Origin: Microthyrium microscopicum
Taxonomy: Eukaryota
NCBI GenBank assembly: GCA_010405405.1
Contig: MU004234.1
Span: 2,577,697-2,641,696 of the forward strand
DNA: 64,000 bases
Direction of reading: 5' to 3'
Below the pieces are notes generated by a model. It was given only the letters and a program-made list of their open reading frames with translations, searched no databases and was not told the origin of the DNA. This document shows positions 25,901 through 38,736 of the stretch, piece by piece. The position numbers and the translations under genes were made by a program. How positions within the stretch are numbered: the stretch's first letter is position 1; each line of letters starts with the position of its first letter.

Positions 25901-28014
25901 TCTGTCTCACAAGTAGAAATCTTTTCTACAACGTGACAGTAGAGTAATTATTATATGGTAATTCTGTCGTGATGATTGGATGACCAGTGAATTCTGAGAT
26001 GCAACAACCGTTCATAAATGATTGCGAGTATCATTCCGTATTGTTTTTGACGATATCAAGTATTTGTGATGATCTGAATGACCATTTCGTGAAGCAGCAA
26101 TGCGACTGGTGGGGGCAACTTTTGAAATGGCGGTGTCAACTGAGCGTCGTTAGGTACATATCGGTACATATGCGATGCTAGATGCTGGTTCAAGATCCGT
26201 ATTCTGCCCACCGCCTTCAAGGGCGAACATGATAAAGAGCTGTTTAGTACTCGCTCTTGGATAGATTGACGTCGCGATTAAGCCAAACAAGGTTTGCGAC
26301 ACAGGCACTGCCACTGCGCAGCACTGTGGAGGCGGCGCAGTCTGGAGTTGTACTCGACCTAGGAAAGGTACCAGTACAATCAGTGAGGTTTTGCAGTTCA
26401 CAAGGACGGCGGAGAGCAGCGGCTGTCTGCTTTGCTGCGGTGGTGGCCTGGGTTGTTGAGGGAAGGACCCGAAGCTTGAGGGTGAAGAAAGCAGATGTGG
26501 GCATTGGACACGACGACTGGACGTGGGATGTGTTGCGGGGGTTTGATAGAGAGATTTTGGTGTTGCTGACAATTTCAGTAATAATACACGACCAGGACAT
26601 TATTAGAGAGATGGTCGATACGGATCGGCGGCAGCCAGTCGGAGAGCTCACATCGGCTGGAGTTGGAGTTTTGGAGGTCAAGAGGTCTCGGAAAAAAATC
26701 AAGACCACGGATTGGACTCTGGAGGGTTGGAATTGGGGAGGTTTGAGGATTGTGGTATGGGTTTTCGAGCGGCTAGCCCTTTGTACCCCAGTTGAGCTTT
26801 GAGCGCATGTCTTGACCCCAGCACCCAGTAATTCAAGCACCCGAGCAGCAAAAGTCGCCAGGTTGCTTGTTGCCGCTCAAGGGGCTGCTGACCCAGCAAA
26901 TCCAGTTCCTCAACCACCACATTCGGGGGCATGTCATAGACCCCCATGTGGTTACAATTGTACTGGAAACTGGTCTTTTGTGATGATTCTGGCGGCGCTT
27001 TTAAGCCTTTTTGGTTTTTTCAACTCGTAGCTTTTGGCTTTTGACACCAAAGAGCCCCCTTGTCTGTCAGTTGTTGAAAGTGCTGGCCGTGTATGGTCCT
27101 GTGCTGTCTTGTCCCAAAGCCAGCCCACTGCACATGCTGCTAAAAGAACGAGTTGCAAACGCCTTCGTTCTGAATGTCCGCGCGCGCATTCGCTCTCTCC
27201 CAAATCCCAATTCCATCAAAGATCTGAGCTCAAAACTCCCACCACGCTGCTTCTTCTTCCCCGACTTCCCCCCAACCTATCCTTGATTCCTGTCTGTGCC
27301 GTGGCCACCACCGTCAAAGCCGCCCTTCTCCCCCGTCCACGGTCCTGCACTTTAATGCCCTGTTGATCCCCCAGCTGCAGCATTGCTCGTCCTCAACTCC
27401 CAACTTCCACCACCTACATCACCACCATATCCAACGCCCTATTCCAACAAGTGACATTACTACCCACACTGGCCATTGTTCTGTCTACTGCCCCAGAGAC
27501 TATTCTAACGGCTAGTACGATTGCATCACTACTCCAACTGGATCGCGACTTGCCGGCAGCTACAAGAGGAAAGCACGATTGACCCATCAGCCACGCGCCT
27601 TCCGTTTCTCAACCCATTCCTTCCTCAAATCTCCCACTCTACCAGATCAAGTTGCCATAACAGGCAATAGGACCAAGTCAGCCATACAGTCACTGCCTAT
27701 TACGGTACAACCTCTCAACTTTCAGCTATATCAAATCCAACTGTGGTACCCAAGTCCACATCGTCACTCATCCCCAGCCCCGACATCAACCTTTCTGACT
27801 CCAGACGGCTTCACAACTCAATCACGCCCAATTCACCTTGACTTACCCTTTAGTAACATCCTCATGAATACCGCAGCTTTTTTAATCACTGCACCAGCCA
27901 TTTCTCAGCTATAACACCAGTGCCTCGCTTTAGCACACTGATTTCAATTGCTGATTTCGACGCAATCCAGCTTTTGCACTCTAGCAGACACTAGTCTTGC
28001 GCCCAACCTCAGCA

Positions 28015-29721
28015 ATGGTTTTGTTTTCAGAGAATCCGCTGCTTAATCTTGACACCGAGTCTGTTCATCTAATCGACACACAAAATACTGGCAATTTGCA
28101 TGCCTTTTGGTCTGGTATGTTCTCTCCCTTGCCACCCCTCAATTCGTCTACAGACACTTGTCTACCAACCGTGGTTGCGAGTGTGACCTTTTTTGGCCAC
28201 TAGCTGACCAAAAAATGCCCACCTTATAAATTTTGTGATTCACCTGCTGACTCTGACCCTATAGTGTGTTCAAGGTGTGCCCGAACAGACACTCTACAAA
28301 ACGCAAAGCGCCTAGAAAACCTGAGTTGGAGAATATACAGCCAACAGACACTTTCACGATCGCCTGAACGTTTTGCTCAGTCTTACTCAGTTTCTCGCAG
28401 GGATTTCTCATCTGAAAGTATCCCTGATCTTTCTAGATCCCCTGGCTCGCCGATATCCTCCGACGACGAAATGTCCACCCCTCCAGATACCAAATCCAAC
28501 ATGGACATTTCTCATATGGGTTCCTTGGAAAACCCAAAAACCATCTCCTCTGTCGAGCTTGAAACCATTGTCAGATCGGTTTCCGAGAACAAAGAACTTC
28601 AGCCTTTGTCTCCCCTCCCAGTTTCCATCTGCCCCCCAACCACCCAAACTCTGCAACCAACACAAAGCGAACCACCAAAGCATGTTGCTGAGCCGCAAGC
28701 AGACCACGAACGAGTAATTGAATCATATCCCCGCAACCGCGATGTTGAGTCCTCCACTTCCACGATGGCTACTACCGCTGTGGATAGTGCTTTCTTCGAC
28801 CATCTTAACACGGCTGACAGCAGCACTTCAACAGAGGTTAGCTCCATGAGTATTGTTCGTGGATTTTCAAAAGACCAAATCTCCTTTTCCCGCCGATCAA
28901 GAACACAACTAGCCCCCCCTCCAATTCTCAAGCAGGCATCACCTTCCCCTCAACTATCGCACCCCATAATAGCTAAAAAGAAGCAAACCACATTCATGGT
29001 TGGCGCATCTCCAGACGACGACAATAGCTCATACGACTCGCCGCGACAACAAAGTTCTCTCACCCACAGGCTACAGGACTTTTCCGGTAGCAGTGGTCTA
29101 CACGGTTCCTACAACCATTCCGAGAGCGCAATTGACGACGATGAAGATGAGGAAGAAGAAGACGGAGATGGAGATTGGGAGGACGACAATGAAGGCTCTC
29201 AGCAGGAGGATCTCTTTGCTCGAGTTGCATCGACAACTGATTTGCGATCACGTCCATCCCTTCTCACGGTCCAGATCCACGAACAAGATCGCTCTTCAGC
29301 ACTTCAAAATGCAGCTTCCCGATCAACCCCGGCAATTCGCCGATCTCGCACTTCATCACATAACGGTCCTATAGGAGCTTCCCCTCAACGCGAACAAACA
29401 CAATTGTCTCGCGCCCGACCCATTATCACAACCGAGTCCCAACCAACAAACTCGATGCCAATTGCCTTGTCTCCCAGAACTAATAGACGCAACATGCTCT
29501 CGACCGAGCTGACAGGCTCTCTTCGCAAACACCTTCTTTGGGAGCGCCAACAGCGCTTTCCCGCCACAAAAACTTTAAAGAACCGACAGTTTCGCAGCGA
29601 AATCAGACTAACTGATCACCAAGCTGATCCCCAGCTGTCGACTGAGGAACCCTTGCGACGTAACGACACGGCCAACTTTTATGACAATGGTCTCCAGGAA
29701 TATTTCGAAAAAGGCTGGTAG
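28015..29721 (+). CDS. DUF1752 (RLENLSWR) / DUF3295-type regulatory protein, 2 exons
   Basis: Intron 28115-28264. N-terminal KRLENLSWR, an acidic tract, and C-terminal SPRTNRRNMLSTELTGSLRKHLLWERQQ..YFEKGW. Confidence 0.85.
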
Positions 29722-32700
29722 AACCCATCAAAACTACTCAACTTGCATATTTGTTTCGTTCGAAGCACAACAAACAACACCCGACCTCATTGGTATTCTG
29801 GAATGACTGGCATCCATTATCTTCACGGCCGAACTTATACCTCATAACTCGGAATCAATTGGCGGGCACTTCTGATTTTCGCGCAATGATACCACATGAT
29901 TTTTTACGAGCTTCATGACTCTTCTTTTTCTCTATTTCCACAGCAAGGCGCATTGGCAAATCCAGCGTCGAAACCCGACGACTGATACTTTGGTGGCTGT
30001 TTGACAACAATCCTTTTGCATGCATGGAGCGGTGCTTGATACACTACCTTGCAGTCTTTCAGCTGCCATCATACCCCCAGTCAAGGAGGATACTCTTAAT
30101 CCTATAAAGTAATCCGACCCACCTAAATGAACAAAAATCCTTGAGCAGCACCACAAACTGGCCACGCGCTCCTTGCATCTCTGTACCATTATCACAACCT
30201 CATGTACCTATAGACATGGATTCCAAACTGGAAAGGCTGAGTCAATTAGGAGGGATCAAAAATTTGGCAACACATAGTTGACCTTACGTTATCCTAATAC
30301 CAAAACCTCTAGTAATGTAGATGAAAAATGGAAATCTTTTAATATGGGAAAACAAAACTTGCCTTTGCAATTCTCTTACGTCCTCTCATGATAGTAAAGT
30401 GTACCTCGTGCCACTGCAAAAACAATCCTTACTTCCTGGACGCACGGTTTGACATTTAGATTTAGAAACCCGACTACTTTAATCGCCATATTGCGCAATC
30501 GGGAAAATCACAGACAACAAGGGCTATCATTCCATTCAAGCAAAAAGCTATTATCATAAGGCTACACTCATTAAGTCCGTGAACTCCCAGCCTGAGTTTT
30601 TCTCTCCGTTCGGAGAATCGTTATCTTGTCTTGGGTGCCCTGGTCTTCGGATCGCTATATGTGGGCATGTCAGCTGTGAGATTCCGGGTACTTTATATTT
30701 GGTGAGCAAATGGAATTCCCGAGGCTGCTGCGTGTCTGTGTCTTGTGGTTAAGGGTGGGAGTTCTAGATGCTTGGTAGGGATTGTGTGCTTTTGGAAGGT
30801 TGCGACTGGTGGTTTGAAGAGGGTGCTGGGTTTTGGGCTGGATAGGTAGATGCTTGGGGATGGGAATGGGAAAAGAGGATACTTTCATATGTTGCATATG
30901 GACATACATGGGGAATGTAGGTTGAAATGTTCTTGATAGGCTCATGGGTTGGTTTGAAGATATCGGCAAGGCTGGTGGTGCTGCATCTACTTCGTAATTA
31001 TTTGCTGTTGATTTAATTGTTATCATTGTCTATGGCTTCACTTCAAGAAATTTATCCTTTCAAAGTATTAGTAGTATTGAACACTGCGAAATTCCAACTA
31101 CACCACCTGCACACATAACGAAACTTCAGATCGTTCAGTTCATATTTCTCCTGACCTCACAAGGCAAGACAATCGAATGTTGCTGGGAACCCCACCATTG
31201 CAATCCAAGACATTTTCAAGCATTGTAAACAAGTCCCTGGAATGGTGGTTACCACTCCGGGTAAAGTCTTGGTGCGTTGTCAAAAAAGATACGTCCGCAT
31301 CCAGGTCGTCGGTCAGCAGCTTAACAGGTAGTTTCAATAGTTGGTCTGCAACATAACAGCGCAGAACCACACTTTTTGAATACTCTCATTCTCCATTTGA
31401 TCAGCTTTGGCTAAGTATCTCGTATATGCAGCGGGTCCGGCTATCATCCTTCTGCGGCGCGTGCCAGCCCTTGTCAGATACAAGATACTCATACCCTCCT
31501 GCATTGTTTCTTTGTGCTCGTCCCGTTGAACTTACTGCTGTTTTTTAACCTTTCGTCTCTTGGCTTTGTGGGCGGCAGGTCTTTCCGGGCGATATGTTTG
31601 GTGCCTTTGGCAAGGCTGTATGCCAGATGGTGTGGTGTGGTGTGTTGCTAACGCGAGCTACCGCGAGAAGCTTCCCCGCTGGGTTGGCTCATGTTATAGT
31701 GTATCGGCAGTTGCTTCTCGGGCCCGGGACGACATGGATTGATGGGTTCCGTGGGCGCTTATGGCATTGAGGGGAGTCTTGTTTGCCGCGGTGCATGGCG
31801 TGTTCATGGTGCCGTTCACGATGGTATGGATTTGGTCACTATTTTGGATTACGCACACCCGAATCAGGTCAACACTGGGAAGGAGAGGGGCCCCTTTGGG
31901 CGGACACTGGATGATCTCGATGGGTTGGTAATGGTGGAGGCGAAAGGCACATGGGAGAATCGTGAGCGTGACGTCTTTCCTACGACTTTTCGGCGTGGGT
32001 GGTTGGTCGAGTGGTAGATGTACCGGTGGTACACTTAGGCGAGTCCGAGGTATGGTTCCTGGTGCAGGTATGTAACCGTTGCAAAATTTGTGGGGTTACG
32101 ACAGTATTTTGGTATGGTACTACGGTACGTATGGCATCTTCAGGGCAACTTGCTACAAGTGGTAATAGGGAGGACGAGCACTCTTTCTATGTTGAGTATA
32201 CGATCAGCGAGCATAACATCGGAGTGGACTCCGGCAGTACGAATGATCTTGCAATTTTGTTGGATATTTGACCATAGCGTAGAGAACTATGATCAGCGCC
32301 ACGCAATCCAGCCCTTTGGCCTGGGAATATCGCAATTGTGGCAACGGTGTATTACTGGTTAGTGGTAGGTATGATAGACATTATTTGCGTCAGGTTCAGT
32401 CACTGGATCATACCGAAGGGAATACTCGAGTTCATGAACTGTGAACCCTATCTTTGACACGCTTGACACGTTATCATGTCGTAGCTCGTCCACATGGCTC
32501 GAACTTCTGGAGACGATCATCATCAGCACATTTACGACTGTTAACCTACTATAGGATAGCGAGTATGGAGGGAGTCATTGCAGGCAATCTTGCAAGTACA
32601 CAACGTTATTGGCAAGAGAAACACCAAATCACTATCAAACGATTACTCGATAACAAGTAGCCCATCCAACAAGAATGTGCTCGCCGGACATGTCTCACTC

Positions 32701-33830
32701 TCAAACAGCCTATCTGCTCGACCGAATTCTCACCACCACGGTCTTTCATGGATTATCGACCGAGACAAAAATCCTTTTACTTTCAGATGACCATTTGTTC
32801 GCAGGCCTCTGCAGTGTCGCCAGTGTCGATCATAAAGGCGGCAGTTGTTAATTTCTAATAACACGAGCATTGAAAGCACTCTACTTACGGAATTGTCTAG
32901 AGTAAGTATGACAAGAGTAAATCCAAAGGCGAGCGCACCAAAAGAAGGCGACTGCGCGTAACATATCTATATCGACCGGTGCGAGGAACGAATCCAAGTC
33001 CGTGGTCACTCGACAAGCACACTTTGCCAGAAACTAATTGACACGATCCGCCCTTCCAGCCAAAGCCTCGGTGACTGCCTCTTTTGGCCTAAACGTGGGC
33101 GGACTGGGGCTCAGTTCTTGTCCACCAAGCACAGAGCGAGTAAGCGAGGCTCGGGCGTATCGTACCCTCATTAGAACCACGAGGTGAGCCGCTGCGAGCT
33201 TTCTGGAAGAGAAAACTTCTCTCTTCTCTTACAGCATCATATCCTAGCTTAGTTTCCTCCGATCCAGCCCGGGAGACGGAGCTGCAGTCCCGGCAATTAC
33301 TCGTGGGTACGCCTTGTATATATGGAACATGACAGGACTGACTCGAAAGGGGGGCCAGGGAGGAGAAAGAGATGGGAGACAAGGCATGGGATCTTGGGAT
33401 TGAGCAAGTAGCGGGAATGACGTGCGGCGGGAACTAAAACATGTCGTTGGGAGGATGATCGTAGGTCGAGTCACTATATGAATAGAGAGAGGTTCTGTAA
33501 AGTATTGTAATGGAAAGGGAGAAAACCGATGAGGCTCGAGACACTACAATATGGCTTTGATTAATATAGTGAACCGTCTGACCAGTAGGAAAAGACCCAG
33601 ACAACGTGGCTCATTTTGGATTGGATGGATAAATTGTATTTGGGCCTTGCCAATATAAAATCGAACTTTGATGGGTTTGACGGCGTAACCACTTAGTGGC
33701 ACATGGCGACACATGGCATATTAAAGTTCAAGAGATCTAGAAAGCTGCAGGGGAAATGCTGGAGTTTGAAAATATATCGTCTTGAGATTGAACTAAGAAT
33801 ACAAGCACAAGAGATTGCACTAATTAGATA

Positions 33831-33926
33831 TTGAAAGCTCGTCCATTTTGAAAATGAGACTATTCACATGCAAATATTGCCCGTTTCGATACGGAGGTCG
33901 AGTGTTTGTTGTGAGAAAGCATATCA
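33831..33926. repeat. Direct repeat A, copy 1 (overlaps P450 stop codon)
   Basis: gaaagctcgtccat..tattcacatgcaaa..attgccc..tacggaggtcgagtgtttgttgtgagaaagcatatca aligns by eye to 37005-37105. Confidence 0.85.
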
Positions 33927-35602
33927 AGTAAGTAGCTCTTTCACAAGCACTCTCACGCCCTTGGAATCCAACCTTGAAACGGGAACGAAGAACTCGTGCG
34001 CAAGCTCAACATCACTACGATCCGTCTGAAATAGCTCAAATTCGAATCTTCTAAACAGCGTCGCGAGCGTGAGATACATCTCCACCTGCGCGAGATTGAT
34101 TCCAAGACAAGCCCGTGAACCTTTGCTAAACGGTACAAGATATCGCTCCAGCCTTGCTCGTTCCGCGCCGTCGCCCATCCAGCGATCGGGCTTGAAGACA
34201 TGCGGCTCCGGAAAGATGCTCGGGTCAGTATGCTGGATCCAGGTGCTCATGCTGATGGATGTACCACTTGGAATAGTCCATTGGCCGCACTTCAGATCTT
34301 CCTCTGGCGCTATGCGTCCTAGACGACAAAAAGCGCCAGGAACCATTCTGCTCGTTTCCTTCACAGTGGCTGTCAGGAACGGTAATTGCTGAAGGATGTG
34401 AGATGGAGGTAGCTTGTTCGAATCAGGAATCGCCTCATGTAACTCTTCCTGTAGGCGCTTGAGAAGTTCTTTGTCTGCAAGGATGAAATACAGAGCAGAT
34501 TTCAGGAAGTAAGAGGTTGTAGCTGATCCTGCAGCCACAAGAGTTTGTGCCTCTTGTGAGACACGCTCCACGGACTTTTCAGATTCCGGGAGAGTGCTTT
34601 CGAACAACTCGTGGATGATGGTTCGTTCGTCCGGCTTCTTATTATCGAAAGCTTGCGCGTCTTTGATTGCTTGCACCTGTTTTTCTTGGTCCTAAAGATA
34701 CTGCGTTAACTTACGAGATAGAAGCAGGCGTCATCTGCTTTGGCATACCTTGGTGTAATTGACCAATTGCATCATGGGAGGACTTAAAATCTTTACCAAT
34801 GATGGTGGCATCGCTTTCATCACGGCTGGAAGAAACGGGAGATATCTGCCCAACATCGAGGCCTCGGTTGCGCCAATGGTCGCTTTGAGCCAGTCTGGGC
34901 AAAATTCAGGGTGTTTGAGATAATCGTAGGACTTTGCGAAGCAATATTCCGTGATTATATCAGTCTGTCAAATTTATCAAAACATGAATCAGAGCAAGAA
35001 GTTGAGCAACTAACTGTTAAGGCCATGAACACTAGTTCAACATCTACTGGCTCATTGCCCTTCATCGACGCTTCCAACCTACGACACAACGTCTCAAGTT
35101 TACTCTTCACCACTGGTTCAATGCGGGTTATCGACTGGCGGGAGAAATACGGATTCAAAGCGGCTCTTCGCATTCGATGGATTTCATGATCGGGGCTGTT
35201 CAAAACAGCATCCGGTAATCCGAAGCCTCGAACTTCGAACGGATCTCGATTCCTCTTTCGAGATATCCCGGTATACAACTCCTCGTAAAACCTGGGCTCA
35301 GAGACGTGTACTTCATTTGGACCTATTCGAACAATTGGACCTGGCATGTGTTAGCTCTGCGGGTTCTGAATAATCTATTGTCCAGCGGTCGCACCATAAG
35401 CCTGGTGCAGCGACTTGATTTTCCAAGGGAAGCGACCACGTCGAACCACATCGTAGTAAAATTGGTAGTAGTGGGTAATGGCCGCGTACTTTGGACCCGG
35501 AAACTTTGCCAGTGGATGTAAAAACAAGTTAGAAATGACAGCATGAATCAGAGAAGCAACTATGCAACCGGCAATGGCGACCACCAAGTACCAGGGTTCC
35601 AT
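33924..35602 (-). CDS. Cytochrome P450 monooxygenase (trichodiene-oxygenase-like by motif style), 4 exons
   Basis: N-terminal TM plus [28 protein letters not shown] (I helix), ETSR (ExxR), FKPDRW and [10 protein letters not shown] (heme Cys). Confidence 0.95.
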
Positions 35603-35730
35603 AGTGGATGTTGAAGATGATGTACAGCGGGAGCAAAAGATCAGCACAAGGTGACAAGATAGGAACTTCACGTGGACCCCATGCGGTTGGTTGTGTTCGC
35701 GAATCGCGTGGCACGAATCGCCAATGTTTA

Positions 35731-36341
35731 CGGAAGCGCATTGCGGCCTACCCGGCAACATCAGAGAAAACCATAAACCAAAAACCATTATGCAGTAGAC
35801 CTAGATAAATAACATTCTTATACCCCCAATTTATGTCTTTTACTATATATTTAGACATTTTTAGAGAGAGCAAGATAAGCATAATCTTTTAGCCTCTTTA
35901 CAAACTAAATTAAAGCATTTTAGGATGTTATAGTTGACTATGATTAAGCTATAACATAGAAATCATTTTTTGGCTAAGTCATTATTAATAAGTTATAGCG
36001 AGGAATATCTTTCCCGCTAATTTAGTAAGGGCCCTACTAACCTAGCAAGTCGCTAAGCTAATATAGTGATATAGCTACTAGTCTCTCCATCTTCTTATTT
36101 TAGTAACATCTTTACTAACTTAGCGACACCCTTACTAAATCATAACTAACGAAAAGATAAAATATTACTTTGAAAGCTTTAGAAGGAAGCCCTTAGTCTA
36201 TGAAACAAAATAGCCTATTTACATAATTCAAAAAGGGTAAAACGAGGATGCAGGAAAGGTAGAAACTATTAAAAACACACATTTTGGATGTAAGTTTTTG
36301 GTGTTCTCTAATGTTGCCGGGTAGGCCGCAATGCGCTTCCG
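35731..36341. mobile_element. Non-autonomous Tc1/mariner-type DNA transposon (MITE-like), RIP-damaged
   Basis: 31-bp perfect terminal inverted repeat CGGAAGCGCATTGCGGCCTACCCGGCAACAT, extending with mismatches. TA on both flanks (35729-30, 36342-43). The interior is AT/TpA-rich and has no ORF. Confidence 0.88.
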
Positions 36342-36381
36342 TATTTATTCAGCCTCACGGACCGGGGTGTTTAGCTCTAGA

Positions 36382-36856
36382 TATGCTAGGGCGTAGGTCG
36401 GGTAACCTATTAGGTTCGACCCAAAATATGCGGGTTCTTAGCGTTAGGTCGGGTTTTCAAAATATTTTACAAAACCCGTACCCAACCCAAGCTAATTAGG
36501 CTAGCCTTGGGTTAGACCCAAAGAACCCAAAGGACCTAAATTGGGGACCCATTGGATCGGTTTAGGTTTCCTTAAGTTAGAGCTAGGCCTAAAAGGGTAA
36601 AGGCTAAGCCCTTTTAGGCCTAGCCTAGACTAATTTTTAGGTCTTAGTAAGCGCTAAGCTACTTTGGGCCTTAGCTTCAACCCAAATGGGTTCTTAGTAG
36701 AGCCAAATTTACTTACTAAGCGACCTATGGGGCTAACCCAAAAAGATTGGGTTGGGTTGGGTCGGGTCATAAAAGTTACAAAACCCGACCTACGTGGGTC
36801 GGGTTTTGAAATTACAATACCCGTACCCAACCCGACCCAACCCATGCCCAGGCATA
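36382..36856. mobile_element. Non-autonomous hAT-type element (MITE-like), RIP-damaged
   Basis: 8-bp target duplication GCTCTAGA (36374-81) / GCTCCAGA (36857-64). Imperfect TIRs TATGCTAGGGCG.. / ..TGCCCAGGCATA. Many subterminal GGGTY/ACCCR motifs. Internal 16-bp inverted repeat at 36582-36624. Confidence 0.82.
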
Positions 36857-37004
36857 GCTCCAGACCAGGCGGCAGCGCGGCTTGATTAAATCACTCATTT
36901 TGCTCGCGGCGCAATTGTTCATTCCTAAGTGACTCTATTTCAAATCCGGGAAGAGTTTCTTATGTAAGAACTGACTTCATTTAGTGTTATCTGCTATTCA
37001 AAAA

Positions 37005-37105
37005 TCGAAACTCGTCCATGTTCGAAATGGTCTATTTACATGTAAACAGTAGGCATTGCCCCTTTCCCTACGGAGGTAGAGTATTTGCTGTGAGAAAGCA
37101 TATCA
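37005..37105. repeat. Direct repeat A, copy 2
   Basis: Diverged copy of 33831-33926 with a 7-nt insertion. Both copies end in gtgagaaagcatatca. Confidence 0.85.
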
Positions 37106-38085
37106 TGTTAGGAACTTCAAACATTATTAATCATTACCGACTCCAAATCAAATCTTTTACGCATGAAGACTTATCTTGGTTTGCAATAGGGCGGTCAGAA
37201 TATCTTCCCGTGCAAGAAGTGACGGTGCTTTTTGATACTTGGTAAACTCTGGTTTTCGAAAGAAGAGTATGTATGACCTCAATCATAGAATCTTCAGGTT
37301 TGAACAATAATGAATCAGAGCGTTTTTCCTTGTGGACTATTGACTAGGTTCAACATGGGCGAGAAAAGCATATATTCTTGAGAAAACATCAATTGAGCAT
37401 GACCGAAGCACCAAATGGTGTACCTAGCTAGAAATTGAACGCTGTTCATCTTCCAATAGTTGAATTGAATAGATGAGAACAACCCATAAGTCGACTCTGA
37501 AGTAAGGTCCACTTCGATCGTGTACTAGAGATACTTGTCGAAAGCCAACATATGCACTCACGACTCGCCCAAGCGGCCCGAGGTATCAATCTTTTGTAAC
37601 TATAAAGTTGATTTTGTAGAGTTACACAATATATCTAAGCAAGCTAAAGTAAGCGTTGTGGTAATGGCCATTAGCTCAGCGGCACCTGGTGAGTTGAGGA
37701 AGTCTCACCTCAAGCTGCCAGCCTTAAGGTCACTGCGGCTTTGCTATTGTTGCTATTGAGGCCCAACACGCACATTGAGAATTCTTTGTCAATGGTATGA
37801 AATCCGTTGTCCCTAACCTTTAGCCTTGGATTTGCTAACACATTTAAACTCAAATTCTAGCAGTTCATGTTCTTCGCGAATCCTTTGCTATTTCACTTTC
37901 AGCATATACTCATCATAAAACATACGTTACAATCAAAATCACTCCTGAGATCATACTACAAGAAACCATTGACCGACGAACTCGCCCCTTCAGAAACCGG
38001 TTAGACTCAATTGAGCAACAAAGAAACCACAAAAATCGATCCTTGAAGCTGCTGCTGCCAATCATTACCAATTGCACTACCAAAA

Positions 38086-38736
38086 ATGGATACTCCCTCC
38101 TGGTGGGAGCTATCGAACCCCATCTCCTCAAACGACAATCTCGACTTCCTTTGCTTCTGGAGTCGAGTTGACGAGGGATTCAGCGAAAAGCGTATCTCGA
38201 AGGAACTAGTCGAGGTTCTGTACTGGTACTTTACTTATTCCATGGTTCAAGAAGCCATCGAAAAAGAAGGAGAAACCAACTTTGTCGAAATCACTTCAGT
38301 CGCCACTGGCCAAATCGGCAATCTCCCAACCCTACGATTCAAGGAAGGCTCAGCAATACACAGCGAAGAAGCACAATATCAGGCCACAAGCTTACTTCAA
38401 GGCGTAGTCTCGATCTTACTAGCCATTGAGGAGTGGATTGAGGCCAAGCCGTCAGCTGTCCTGTTGACACTGCTTAATGCGGCAATTGAGCAGCGACCAA
38501 ATGCTCAATCCTTCCTTACTGAGTTCAAGAAACACTGGGCACATACTCGTACTTGTCAGCTGGAAGTGGTCGCAGGAGCGCCAATGCTGGAAATCAAACA
38601 CCTCTCAATGATCCTGGGACAGGAGGTAATGGACCTCCAGAGCCTCGTTCCTGCTTCTCCTCTCAATTTCCTTCCCTTGGACGAATATGGACGTCCTACA
38701 ACTCAGGGGTTTTGGACGACTCCGGCTTGGTCGTAG
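38086..38736 (+). CDS. Hypothetical protein, 216 aa, intronless
   Basis: ATG in AAAAATGG context and globular-like composition. No recognisable motif. Confidence 0.55.
   Translation: MDTPSWWELSNPISSNDNLDFLCFWSRVDEGFSEKRISKELVEVLYWYFTYSMVQEAIEKEGETNFVEITSVATGQIGNLPTLRFKEGSAIHSEEAQYQATSLLQGVVSILLAIEEWIEAKPSAVLLTLLNAAIEQRPNAQSFLTEFKKHWAHTRTCQLEVVAGAPMLEIKHLSMILGQEVMDLQSLVPASPLNFLPLDEYGRPTTQGFWTTPAWS

Noticed and set aside
26244..26840. Overlapping 140-198 aa ORFs on both strands
   Set aside because: Non-ATG starts and no motifs. Composition fits leader or non-coding sequence, so not called as CDS.
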